The position numbers and the translations under genes were made by a program. 64,000 bases of DNA from Candidatus Azambacteria bacterium. Lineage in GTDB: Bacteria > Patescibacteriota > Minisyncoccia > UBA10092. The notes under the pieces are model-generated. The model did no database searches. It had not been told where the DNA came from and saw only the letters and a program-made list of their open reading frames with translations. Position 1 is the first letter of the stretch. Every line of letters starts with the position of its first letter. Positions 1 through 9,464 of this stretch are shown one piece after another. The DNA lies in NCBI GenBank assembly GCA_003455995.1, contig DMPO01000006.1:38397-102396 (forward strand), written 5' to 3'.

Positions 1-1
1 T

Positions 2-64
2 ATAAAACAAAAAGATTGGCCGGTAATTGCCAAAAAAATCACCGATGTTTATTTCTGCAAATAA
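2..64 (+). CDS. 3' end of upstream gene, probably a GT4 glycosyltransferase (partial)
   Basis: Frame 2 reads IKQKDWPVIAKKITDVYFCK*, resembling the 'DW..IA..I..VY' C-terminus of GT4 enzymes; its stop overlaps the start of the next gene. Confidence 0.45.
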   Translation: MKQKDWPVIAKKITDVYFCK

Positions 65-1412
65 TAAAAAAACCTTTTGGCATTGGTGGTTTTTGGCGGC
101 CGCCATTTATCTGATTTTTGCCGTGGTTGTTACTTGGCGTTATGGCATAAGTTTTCTTATGCCCATGGGCGACGATACGGGTCATCATATCCAATTAGCT
201 AAAAATTTAATTGAATATCGAACTTTTTCTTTGGACGGGCTTGATGGTGCATATTCTGTAATGCCGCCGCAGCCGACAAACTTTTTAACGCCCGGTTACG
301 CATTTTGGTTGGCGCTGATATATCTTATTTTTAAGTCCTTTACGCCGGCGATTTTTATCGGCGCGATGGTTTTTGCCTTTTCAGCGCCTTTAACTTATTT
401 TTTGGCTAAGGAAATTACCGAAAATAACAAAATCGCTTTATGGTCGGCTCTTATCTTTATGATAGAGCCGCTGTCGATTTATCATTCCGGCTTGATGTTT
501 ACCGAGCAATTGTTCGTGCCTATTTTTTTAGCGGCTTGTTATGGTTTTATAAAATACTTAAACATCGGCGACAGAAAGTTTGTTTTTGGATCTTTATTTA
601 TTTTTTCATTGTCAACTCTCATCAGGCCGATTATTTTCTATCTTTTACCCATTTTATCTTTAATAGTTTTTATTAAAGAATCTAAATTTTCCTGGCGTCG
701 CGCCGCAATTTCGGGGATATTATCTTTAATTATCGCCTTTTCATTTGCCGGTGGTTGGCTTATCAGAAACAAAATTGTTTTAAATACCTGGCAAATTTCA
801 AGCAACCAAGGGGCACTTTTGTATGGTTATCATTATGAACTTCTAATGAGAAGTTTAGGACTCAATTCGGAAAGCCCCGATACGGGCAATCTTAATATTT
901 TTTCGGTCGCATATAATAACTTAAAAGGGGAATTTGCAACAGAAAAAATTTTGCAATATCGATGGAGTTATCTAAAACTTCATTTGACCTACATACCCAT
1001 TTTTTTCTTAAATAATGGTTATAGTGAGTTTTTTAGTCGATTAACCAACGCCATTGAACTTGATAAATATTTTAGACATGATTTGGCATTTGCCTTTTTA
1101 CAAGGTAATATTCTTAAAGGTGCACTGATGATTTCCGGCGCCCCAAATGAAATTTTTGTTTTAATTGGCGGAATTTTAATTTGGTTTTTAATATTCTCAC
1201 TGTCCATAGTGGGTTTTTGCGAATTATTTATAAAATTAAAAAGTAATCAAAAAATGATTATAAATATTATTGGCATTATAGTATTGTATTTTGCCGTTAT
1301 CGTTTCGCCGGGGGTAGTGGCGCGATATCGTTTGCCAATAAATCCTTTTGTTTTTATTTTCTTTGTCAGCGGCTTTTATGCTATTAAAGAAAAAATAAAA
1401 TTATGGATATAA
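45..1412 (+). CDS. Multi-pass membrane glycosyltransferase, GT-C type (PMT_2/ArnT-like)
   Basis: Many TM helices; acidic pair 'GDD' after TM1; 'TPGY', 'TE.LF', 'L.RP', 'W..RN' and 'RY.LP' motifs; ATG at 45 preferred over TTG at 27. Confidence 0.75.
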   Translation: MFISANNKKTFWHWWFLAAAIYLIFAVVVTWRYGISFLMPMGDDTGHHIQLAKNLIEYRTFSLDGLDGAYSVMPPQPTNFLTPGYAFWLALIYLIFKSFTPAIFIGAMVFAFSAPLTYFLAKEITENNKIALWSALIFMIEPLSIYHSGLMFTEQLFVPIFLAACYGFIKYLNIGDRKFVFGSLFIFSLSTLIRPIIFYLLPILSLIVFIKESKFSWRRAAISGILSLIIAFSFAGGWLIRNKIVLNTWQISSNQGALLYGYHYELLMRSLGLNSESPDTGNLNIFSVAYNNLKGEFATEKILQYRWSYLKLHLTYIPIFFLNNGYSEFFSRLTNAIELDKYFRHDLAFAFLQGNILKGALMISGAPNEIFVLIGGILIWFLIFSLSIVGFCELFIKLKSNQKMIINIIGIIVLYFAVIVSPGVVARYRLPINPFVFIFFVSGFYAIKEKIKLWI

Positions 1413-2584
1413 GCAAAAAAACATTTATTAGGTTTATTATCGGACTAATTTTTTTAAGAATAATTTTGCTTTTTTTAATGATGAACAATGTTCCTTTTAC
1501 CGATATTCAGTCGGATTGGCGGCCGAATTTTGGCGGCTCCTATTGGCCGGATGAGGAAGTTTTTTTCAATCTGGCAAAATCTATGGCTGATTTTAAGCCG
1601 ATTATGAGTATTATATATATTGGCTATGCCATATTTTTAGCGCCATTTATATATTTTGTCGGCGCTACCGGCCCGGAAATGATCGCTCAAACAATGGTGA
1701 TAGTCCAAGGCATTATTCTTTTTTCCGCCGCTCTTATATTGATTGTATTTATTGGAGAAAAATTTTTTAAAAATAAAAAACTAGCGCTGGTAAGCGCCAC
1801 CTTGTTTCTTATTTATCCTTATTTGATGTTTGCGGTCTGGAAACTTATCGGTCACAAAAATGCCATTCCGACTTTTCACTACCAGATGTGGATTGTCATT
1901 TTGTCCGACTATTTATCGGCTCTTTTGGTAGTTTTAACTTTTTGGTTGTTTATTAAATTGATAGAACAATTTGAAGCAATAAATGCTAAGATTTATCATC
2001 TTGCTATTGTAATCGGAATTTTTGCCGGAGCGGCAGCTTTGGTAAGACCGCCGAATTTAGCGATACCGGCATTTTTATTTTTTTATCTTTTATACATCAA
2101 AAAATTTAAACCAGCGATTATTCTCGGCTTTTCTTCTTTTGCCGCTTATTTGCCGCAACTTATATACAACGCCTATTTTTTTGGTTGGCCATGGGTTTAC
2201 GGGAATATCGTTCTTGATTCCGGGTTGCAGCAAGGCGGTCCATTTTTTGGTCACTGGGTAAATCCGGCGAATTTTTGGCTGAATTTTAAACATTTTTCAC
2301 CTAATCACTATTTTATTTTTTTTCTTATTGCAGCCGCTTTTATGGTATCGATTTTTGTTTTAGGTAGGAGACATTTGGTTAAAACCAACAATAAATTTAT
2401 TACCGTATTTGTTTTTTGGTTTTTGTTTTATGCGCTTTTTTATGGTCAATTTAGCGGTTCCACCAGTCAATTGCGCTATTTTTTGCCCGCCATGCCAGTT
2501 TTCATTTACTTTTTTATCGCTGCTATGTTATATTTGCGCGCAAAACTAAAATTTAAAGAAAATTTAACACAAACAAATGTATAA
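1403..2584 (+). CDS. Multi-pass membrane protein, putative GT-C glycosyltransferase
   Basis: TM-rich; 'PDE' after TM1, 'LVRP' and 'RYFLP' motifs; operon context. Confidence 0.65.
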   Translation: MDISKKTFIRFIIGLIFLRIILLFLMMNNVPFTDIQSDWRPNFGGSYWPDEEVFFNLAKSMADFKPIMSIIYIGYAIFLAPFIYFVGATGPEMIAQTMVIVQGIILFSAALILIVFIGEKFFKNKKLALVSATLFLIYPYLMFAVWKLIGHKNAIPTFHYQMWIVILSDYLSALLVVLTFWLFIKLIEQFEAINAKIYHLAIVIGIFAGAAALVRPPNLAIPAFLFFYLLYIKKFKPAIILGFSSFAAYLPQLIYNAYFFGWPWVYGNIVLDSGLQQGGPFFGHWVNPANFWLNFKHFSPNHYFIFFLIAAAFMVSIFVLGRRHLVKTNNKFITVFVFWFLFYALFYGQFSGSTSQLRYFLPAMPVFIYFFIAAMLYLRAKLKFKENLTQTNV

Positions 2585-3314
2585 AGAAAAAACAGTTTCA
2601 ATAGTTTTTGCTACTTATCGTGAAAAAGATTCAATAAGAATGGTTATTGAAAATTTTTTTAATACTGGTTTTGTGGATGAAGTTATAGTTGTTAATAATA
2701 ATGCCGAACCGGGAACGGTTGAAGAAATACAAAAAACCAAGGCTAGAATGGTTTATGAAAAAAGACAAGGATATGGCCATGCCTTCCAACGGGGCATGGA
2801 AGAGGCGAAAGGGGACTATATTTTCCTATGCGAACCGGATGGCACTTACACCGGCAAGGATTTGGAACGGTTTCTGGTCTATGCTCAAGATGGTTTTGAA
2901 GCTGTTTTAGGTTCGCGGACCGGTCAAAGCACGAAAATATCCGGAGCTGATATGGATTTTTTAAGAAAATTTGCCAATGTTTTTGAAGCTAAAACCATTG
3001 AATATTTATTCAATACCAATTCATTATCGGATATCGGATGCACTTATAAACTTTTTACTAAAGCGGGGATTAATAAAATCGCCCCCTTGTGGCGAACCAG
3101 AAACTCTCTTTTTGCCACCGAATTGGTGCTTTTAACCGCTGCCAAGAAAATACATTTCATTGAAATTCCCGTTACATTTAAAAAGCGCGTTGGCACTTCA
3201 ACTTTTGTAAGCACTTTTGCCAAAATGGCTAAGTGGGGTTTAAGAATCTACGCTTTTATTTTTATTTTTTGGTTTCGCTGGATTTTTAGAAAAATCTTTT
3301 CAAAAAACGCATGA
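2577..3314 (+). CDS. GT2 glycosyltransferase, polyprenol-phosphate sugar synthase-like
   Basis: 'VIVVNNN', 'QGYG.A...G', EPD variant of DxD, 'VLGSR', 'D..C.YKL', 'EIPV....R.G.S'. Confidence 0.85.
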   Translation: MYKEKTVSIVFATYREKDSIRMVIENFFNTGFVDEVIVVNNNAEPGTVEEIQKTKARMVYEKRQGYGHAFQRGMEEAKGDYIFLCEPDGTYTGKDLERFLVYAQDGFEAVLGSRTGQSTKISGADMDFLRKFANVFEAKTIEYLFNTNSLSDIGCTYKLFTKAGINKIAPLWRTRNSLFATELVLLTAAKKIHFIEIPVTFKKRVGTSTFVSTFAKMAKWGLRIYAFIFIFWFRWIFRKIFSKNA

Positions 3315-4219
3315 ATTGTCCCATTTGCGATAATAATGATAGTCGGATAGTAAGATCGTTTTTCCCGAGATTTTATTATTGTCTTAATTGTGAGGGCCAT
3401 TTTCTCAGGGAAGATTCCGCGCCGGAATATGCCGAAGATTATTACGAACTTGAAAGCCGGAACTTGCTATCTAAATCAATCACAAGAGCGATTCGCGCAT
3501 TTTTTTTGCGCGCCAGATTTAAAAAAGTTAAATCGATTTTAAAAAATATTCCAAATAGCGTTGTTCTTGATTATGGCTGCGGTCCGGGAAATTTTGTTAA
3601 GTACGCCCTTAAAAAAAACCTAAAAATATTCGGTTACGAATCTTCAAAATCGGCTGTCCGCCTTGCGAAAGAAAATTCTCTTCCAGTATACGATTCGGTT
3701 GTTATTGCGCAGGGTAAATATGATCTGATTACGTTTTGGGGCAGTTTGGAGCATGCTGATAATCCCAAAGATATCGTTATTAAATGTCGCAATTACTTAA
3801 AAGAAGGAGGTAAGCTTCTTATCGCCCTGCAGAATGCCGATAGTTTTGAGGCGCGGCTGGCTAAGGAAAAATGGTTTCATTATGATTATCCTTTTCATCG
3901 CATCCAATTTACGCCTACGGCGCTTAAGAAAATACTTGAACAAAACGGCTACGAAGTAAGCTCGTTTGACTTTTTCTTTCCTGAATATACCGTATCCGGA
4001 TTAATACAAACATTTTTAAATTTTTTATTTCCCAAGAATGCCTTTTACTACGTTGTAAGCAACAGAAGATTAAGCGCCAGCAGCGCTAAAACAATTTTTA
4101 TCAACCTTTTTTCATTATTATCGCTTCTCGTTTTTTCGCCGATTTTATTATTATTCTTTCTAGTGGCTTTAGTTTTTAAAAAAACAGGAGCCATGGTCGT
4201 CCTTGCAAAAAAGGCGTAA
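3311..4219 (+). CDS. Class I SAM-dependent methyltransferase with N-terminal CxxC..CxxC
   Basis: CPIC/CLNC, 'VLDYGCGPG', 'LEH', 'P.H...FT' motifs. Confidence 0.85.
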   Translation: MNCPICDNNDSRIVRSFFPRFYYCLNCEGHFLREDSAPEYAEDYYELESRNLLSKSITRAIRAFFLRARFKKVKSILKNIPNSVVLDYGCGPGNFVKYALKKNLKIFGYESSKSAVRLAKENSLPVYDSVVIAQGKYDLITFWGSLEHADNPKDIVIKCRNYLKEGGKLLIALQNADSFEARLAKEKWFHYDYPFHRIQFTPTALKKILEQNGYEVSSFDFFFPEYTVSGLIQTFLNFLFPKNAFYYVVSNRRLSASSAKTIFINLFSLLSLLVFSPILLLFFLVALVFKKTGAMVVLAKKA

Positions 4220-4237
4220 ATATTGTAAAAACTTACC

Positions 4238-4891
4238 ATGGCTAAGGAGCTTTATAATAAATATTTTGAGACGCATTTCCCGAAAGTAGAATACCGCGAC
4301 AAAATGTGGCACCCGGTAGTTGAATATTTACAGAAGAAATATGTTCCAAAAAACAGCATAGTGCTGGATTTAGGCGCCGGTTATTGTAATTTTATAAACC
4401 ATATTGTCGCTAAAGAAAAACATGCCAGTGATATTTCGGAAATTATCAAGCAAAATGCCGAGAAAGACGTAATTTGTCATATTCAAGACTGCGCCGAATT
4501 AAGTGATATTTCCGATGAAAAATTTGATATTGTTTTTGAGAGCAACCTTTTGGAACATTTAGATTCCGACCGTATTGAGAAAACACTAAAAGAAATTTTG
4601 AGAGTTTTAAAAAAGGGCGGCCGATTTATAGCCATGCAACCGAATTATAAATACTTTTACGCACATTATTTTGACGATTACACTCATAAGACAATTCTTT
4701 CCCATGTAAGCTTTGAGAATTTATTGAAAAATTACGGATTTGAAATAGAAAATATAGAACCGAAATTTTTACCGGCGACATTCAAACAAAAATTGCCGAA
4801 AATACCATTTTTGGTTAAATTATATCTAAGATCCCCTTGGCGACCGGCAGCCAAGCAAATGCTGGCAGTGGCCAAAAAACCAAATGTATAA
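4238..4891 (+). CDS. Class I SAM-dependent methyltransferase
   Basis: 'VLDLGAG', 'FDIV...N.LEHL', 'RVLK.GG', 'DDYTH'. Confidence 0.85.
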   Translation: MAKELYNKYFETHFPKVEYRDKMWHPVVEYLQKKYVPKNSIVLDLGAGYCNFINHIVAKEKHASDISEIIKQNAEKDVICHIQDCAELSDISDEKFDIVFESNLLEHLDSDRIEKTLKEILRVLKKGGRFIAMQPNYKYFYAHYFDDYTHKTILSHVSFENLLKNYGFEIENIEPKFLPATFKQKLPKIPFLVKLYLRSPWRPAAKQMLAVAKKPNV

Positions 4892-6113
4892 AACCAATAC
4901 TCATTGCCGAATGTGCAAAAGCGAAAATTTAAAGTTGTTTTTTGATTTGGGAGAAACGGCTTTGGCCAATTCTTTCCTGAAAAAAGAAGAACTTAACAAC
5001 CCCGAATCCAAGTATCCCTTGAGGGTATTTTTTTGCGAAGATTGCGGTTTAAGCCAGCTCGTGGATGTTGTCGACCCTTCGGTTTTATTCAGAAATTATG
5101 TTTATTTTTCTTCCGAAATGCCGGTTTTACCGGAACATTTTAAAAACTATGCCGAAGAGGCGGTTAATAATTTCGTAAAATCAAAGAACGGTTTGGTTGT
5201 GGAAATCGGCAGTAATGACGGGCTTCTTTTGGGCGCTATTAAAAATTTGGGCGCCAGAGTATTAGGCGTTGACCCTGCCGAAAATATTGCCAAAATTGCT
5301 AATGAAAGAGGGGTGGAAACAATTCCGGATTTTTTCAACGAAAAACTTGCCAAAGAAATCAAAGAAAAATATGGGCCAGCAAAAGTGATGATAGGAAATA
5401 ATGTTGTTGCTCATATTGATAATCATTATGATTTAATCAGCGGCGTCTCGACTCTTCTTGCCGACGGCGGGGTCTTCATGTTTGAAGCGCCGTATCTTGT
5501 GGATATGTTTGAAAATTATACTTTTGACACCATTTATCATGAACATCTTTCTTGTCTTTCGGTTAGGCCGCTTGTGAATCTTTTCAAACAATTTGGCATG
5601 GAACTTTTTGATGTGAAATTATTCCCCGTTCAAGGAAATTCCATAAGAGGATATGCCGGAAAAACGGGACAGCATGCAATTTCAATGAGAATCGGAGAAT
5701 TACTAGAAAAAGAAAAATCAATGGGATTAAATGATATTTCAACCTATTTTAAATTAGTAGACGATGTTGATGAAATGAGAAAAAAAGTTTTGACTATTCT
5801 TAAAGATTTGAAATTGCAAGGCAAGAAGATTTCCGGTTACGGCGCACCGGCTAAGGGCAATACTTTGCTTAGTTATTATGGTATTGGCGCGGATATTTTG
5901 GATTATGTAACCGATGAAACGACAAAAATTAATTTATATACGCCGGGCACTCATATTCCGGTAATAGATATTAAAGATGCCAGGAAAAATCCGCCTGATT
6001 ATTTTTTGCTTTTAGCTTGGAACTATAAGGATGCCATTTTGAAAAAAGAGGAAGACTTTAGGAAAAATGGCGGAAAATTTATCATGCCGGTCGGTAAAGT
6101 GGAGATTTTATAA
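4884..6113 (+). CDS. NDP-hexose C-methyltransferase (Zn-binding, TylC3/TcaB9-like)
   Basis: CRMC..CEDC Zn site, 'EIGSNDG', 'FDTIYHEH', 'GYGAPAKGNTLL', 'YTPGTHIPV', 'LAWNY'. Confidence 0.9.
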   Translation: MYKTNTHCRMCKSENLKLFFDLGETALANSFLKKEELNNPESKYPLRVFFCEDCGLSQLVDVVDPSVLFRNYVYFSSEMPVLPEHFKNYAEEAVNNFVKSKNGLVVEIGSNDGLLLGAIKNLGARVLGVDPAENIAKIANERGVETIPDFFNEKLAKEIKEKYGPAKVMIGNNVVAHIDNHYDLISGVSTLLADGGVFMFEAPYLVDMFENYTFDTIYHEHLSCLSVRPLVNLFKQFGMELFDVKLFPVQGNSIRGYAGKTGQHAISMRIGELLEKEKSMGLNDISTYFKLVDDVDEMRKKVLTILKDLKLQGKKISGYGAPAKGNTLLSYYGIGADILDYVTDETTKINLYTPGTHIPVIDIKDARKNPPDYFLLLAWNYKDAILKKEEDFRKNGGKFIMPVGKVEIL

Positions 6114-6114
6114 T

Positions 6115-7167
6115 ATGCAACTTTCTTTTAAAAATATTTTGGTTTGCGGCGGGAGCGGATTTATCGGTTCAAATTTCATTCGTTATATTTATAACAAATA
6201 TCCCGATTGTAAAATATTTAATTTGGACTTGTTAACCTATGCCGGCAATCCGGCAAATCTTGCCGATATTGAAGAAAAAGAAAACAAGAGGAATCCAGCC
6301 AATCAAAGATGTCATTTTTTCCGCGGCGATATTTGCGATGGCGCTTTGCTTGCGAATATTTTTGAGAAATATAATTTTGACGCTGTTATTAATTTTGCCG
6401 CCGAAAGTCATGTCGATCGTTCTTTCGTGAGTGTTTTTGATTTTATAAGAACGAATGTTGAGGGCGTCAGATCTCTTATAGAAGCTACCAGGAAATATAA
6501 AGTTTCCAGATTTGTCCAAATTTCCACGGATGAAATTTACGGATCCGTGCCAGAAGGTTTTTCAACTGAAGACGCGCCTCTTAAACCGTCTAACCCGTAT
6601 GCCGCTTCCAAGGCCGCTGCTGATTTATTGGTTCAGTCATACATAAAGACGCATCAGGTTCCGGCGCTCATTGTTCGGGGTTCCAATAATTACGGCCCGT
6701 TTCAATATCCTGAAAAATTAATTCCTCTGGCGATATCAAATATTATTGAAGGCATTAAGGTGCCGATTCACGGTTCTGGGGAACACCGGCGCACATGGAT
6801 CCATGTAAATGATTTTTGCTCTGCTATTGACACCGCGCTTCATAAGGCGCCGGATTACAGTATCTATAACGCTTCTGGAGAAGAAAAAACCAATTTGGAA
6901 ATTCTTGAAATTATAGCTCGGCATCTTAAAAATTCAGAGGATTATAAAGAGCACACCAAAGACAGGCCCGGAGCGGATTTGCGTTATGCCCCGAATTCGT
7001 CAAAATTGAAATCAGAATTGGGCTGGCTTCCGCAATATCAAATAGAAAGCAGCATCGGGGAAGTCGTAAATTGGTATTTTAATAATCAAGATTGGTGGAA
7101 AAAAATTAAAAATTCGGAAGCTTTTCAATCTCATTATCAAAAACAATCTAAAGCGGAATATTATTGA
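6115..7167 (+). CDS. rmlB: dTDP-glucose 4,6-dehydratase
   Basis: 'GGSGFIGSNF', 'LTYAGN', 'FAAESHVDRS', 'STDEIYG', YxxxK, 'NNYGP.QYPEKLIP'; start placed at ATG 6115. Confidence 0.93.
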   Translation: MQLSFKNILVCGGSGFIGSNFIRYIYNKYPDCKIFNLDLLTYAGNPANLADIEEKENKRNPANQRCHFFRGDICDGALLANIFEKYNFDAVINFAAESHVDRSFVSVFDFIRTNVEGVRSLIEATRKYKVSRFVQISTDEIYGSVPEGFSTEDAPLKPSNPYAASKAAADLLVQSYIKTHQVPALIVRGSNNYGPFQYPEKLIPLAISNIIEGIKVPIHGSGEHRRTWIHVNDFCSAIDTALHKAPDYSIYNASGEEKTNLEILEIIARHLKNSEDYKEHTKDRPGADLRYAPNSSKLKSELGWLPQYQIESSIGEVVNWYFNNQDWWKKIKNSEAFQSHYQKQSKAEYY

Positions 7168-7169
7168 TT

Positions 7170-8219
7170 ATGGATATTAAAGAAAAAATAAATAAAATTC
7201 TAGTTACTGGCGGAGCCGGATATATTGGGGCGGTTCTGGTGCCGAAATTATTGAAAAAAGGCTATAAAGTCAGGGTTTTGGATAAAATGATTTTTGGTAA
7301 CGAGCCGATTAAAGAATTCAAAAATAAAATTGAATTGGTTGTTGGCGATTCCAGGCACGCCGGGCCGGAAATAATGGATGGGATTGACGCTGTGATTCAT
7401 TTAGCCGGATTCTCAACCGATCCGACTTCGCAATACGATCCTCGCCTTACCGATACGGTAAATCATATCGCCACGGAGCACTTAGCCAAATTGGCTCGGT
7501 CTCAAGGAATTAAAAGATTCGTTTACGCCTCTAGCTGTTCGGTTTATTTTACTTTAAACACTCCTTTGGAACCTCCCCTCTATAAAGAAGAGGATCCGAT
7601 CAATCCTATTTCTGCCTATGCTTTGAGCAAACGCTGTTCGGAACAAATTTTGTATGGGATGATAAATGATGATTTCCAGCCAACAATGTTTCGTAAAGGG
7701 ACGCTTTATGGCTGGTCGCCGAGAATGCGCTATGACTTGGTTTTCAATGCGTTTGTTAAAGACGCCTTTCATAAAAAACTCTTGACCGTTGACGCCGGCG
7801 GAGAAATTTGGCGGCCAATGATAGACATCCAAGATGCGACAGATACTTACATAAATGCCATAGAACTGCCGATTGAAAAGATCGGCGGTAAAATATTTAA
7901 TGTTGCCCATCAAAATTGGAGCATCGGCAATCTTGCCCGTGAAATCCAGAAAATTTTGAAAGAGAAAAAGGGTATTGATATTGCTTTGGATGTCAAGCCG
8001 ATAAGTTTGACAAGAAATTACAAGGCGGATACCCAAGCGTTTAATGAGGCCTTTAATTTTAAGCCGAGCCGTTCGTTTGAAGAAGCGGTTTTTGAAATAT
8101 GGGACCATTTGGAAAACGACTCGAATCACGATTCTAACCATGCGCGGCACTACGGCGATAAATGGTACAAACAATATTTTGAAACCGAAGAAGGTAAGGA
8201 ATTTAGGCGGCATGCGTAA
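7170..8219 (+). CDS. NAD-dependent sugar epimerase/dehydratase/reductase (extended SDR)
   Basis: 'TGGAGYIG', 'ASSCSVY', 'YALSK', 'G.SPRMR.DL'. Confidence 0.85.
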   Translation: MDIKEKINKILVTGGAGYIGAVLVPKLLKKGYKVRVLDKMIFGNEPIKEFKNKIELVVGDSRHAGPEIMDGIDAVIHLAGFSTDPTSQYDPRLTDTVNHIATEHLAKLARSQGIKRFVYASSCSVYFTLNTPLEPPLYKEEDPINPISAYALSKRCSEQILYGMINDDFQPTMFRKGTLYGWSPRMRYDLVFNAFVKDAFHKKLLTVDAGGEIWRPMIDIQDATDTYINAIELPIEKIGGKIFNVAHQNWSIGNLAREIQKILKEKKGIDIALDVKPISLTRNYKADTQAFNEAFNFKPSRSFEEAVFEIWDHLENDSNHDSNHARHYGDKWYKQYFETEEGKEFRRHA

Positions 8220-9072
8220 AGTTTTGATTATCGGCGCCAATGGCCAGTTGGCTTTTGATTTAATTAAAATTTTTGGCGATAGTTATGAAATTATAAAATC
8301 TGTTCGCAGTGATTTTGATGTTGCCGATAAAATGGCGGCAGAAAATTTTATAAAAAATTGCGCTCCGGATGTCATAATAAATACCGCTGCCTACCACAAA
8401 ACCGAGGAATGCGAACTAAATCCCGAAAAAAGTTTTGCCGTTAACGCCATAGGCGCTTTTAATGTTGCAAAGGTGGCAAAAGAAATCGGCGCCAAGGTAA
8501 TTTTCATAAGCACGGATTATGTTTTTGACGGCACGAAAGAATATTTTGTGGAATCCGATATTCCGAATCCTCTTAATGTCTATGGAGTGTCAAAATTGGC
8601 GGGGGAAAATCTAATAAAAATAGCCAATGAGGATTATTATATTATCAGGACAAGCTGGTTGTTTGGAATTCATAAATCTGGTAAGGGCAATAATTTTGTT
8701 ACTTTAATGCTTGAAAAAGAGAAAAACGGAGAAAACATAAAAGTTGTGGATGACCAGTTCGGTTCGCCGACATATACTTATGATTTGGCGTTAAAAATAA
8801 AAGAATTGGTTGATAAAAATGTTTTACCAGGAATGTACCATATAACAAATTCCGGTTCGTGTTCCTGGCATGAATTTACCCAAAAAATATTTGAATTATC
8901 AAATCTGAAGCCGAATCTTGAACAAGTTAAATCAGCAGACGGCCCTTCAAAAATAAAAAGACCGAAGTATTCAGTTTTGATAAGTGAAAATATGAAAAAA
9001 CAGGGGATTGAAAGTTTGAGACCATGGCAGGAGGCACTGGGCGATTTTATGTTAGAATATAATAAGAAATAA
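8212..9072 (+). CDS. rmlD: dTDP-4-dehydrorhamnose reductase
   Basis: 'GANGQL', 'ISTDYVFDG', 'P.N.YG.SKL.GE', 'VDDQ.GSPT', 'RP.YSVL'; start at ATG 8212. Confidence 0.92.
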   Translation: MRKVLIIGANGQLAFDLIKIFGDSYEIIKSVRSDFDVADKMAAENFIKNCAPDVIINTAAYHKTEECELNPEKSFAVNAIGAFNVAKVAKEIGAKVIFISTDYVFDGTKEYFVESDIPNPLNVYGVSKLAGENLIKIANEDYYIIRTSWLFGIHKSGKGNNFVTLMLEKEKNGENIKVVDDQFGSPTYTYDLALKIKELVDKNVLPGMYHITNSGSCSWHEFTQKIFELSNLKPNLEQVKSADGPSKIKRPKYSVLISENMKKQGIESLRPWQEALGDFMLEYNKK

Positions 9073-9074
9073 AT

Positions 9075-9464
9075 ATGCCTCAATTTTACGAATACAGAAC
9101 TCATTCTGACAACCGCCGAAGTGGTTCTTACGATATTATCCCCGGTATAGAGGGCGACTTTAATTTCACCAAGCATCCGGCCAGTATAATTCCGGAAGAA
9201 TTGCATATGCACAAAAATCAGACTGATTATTTTATCGTGGTTTCCGGTAAAGTGCTGTTTAGGCTTGTTTCCGATGATGGTGAAGAAGAAAAATTTATAA
9301 TGACAGATAAAGATAATAAAACTTTAATTATTCAACCGGGAATCTGGCATGGTTACGTGGCGCTTGAACCGTCATGCATGGCTTTTTATTTAAGCCATAA
9401 GTTTGATTCTTCCGACGAGTTCAGAAAAAAAACCGACCCGTCAGAATGGAAATTGTCAAAATGA
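9075..9464 (+). CDS. Cupin protein, RmlC/FdtA-like sugar epimerase or isomerase
   Basis: 'LH.H..QTDYF.V..G' and 'I.PG.WHG' cupin motifs; follows rmlD. Confidence 0.75.
   Translation: MPQFYEYRTHSDNRRSGSYDIIPGIEGDFNFTKHPASIIPEELHMHKNQTDYFIVVSGKVLFRLVSDDGEEEKFIMTDKDNKTLIIQPGIWHGYVALEPSCMAFYLSHKFDSSDEFRKKTDPSEWKLSK

Noticed and set aside
6067-8211. Long N-terminal extensions in the ORF track (6067, 8044; likewise 13761, 19406, 32790, 34086, 42495, 46407, 57853)
   Set aside because: The extensions overlap neighbouring genes or promoters; downstream ATGs match family N-termini, stop/start coupling or SD sites
7554-8240. 228-aa antisense ORF
   Set aside because: Lies opposite the well-supported SDR and rmlD genes and has no recognisable motifs; shadow ORF
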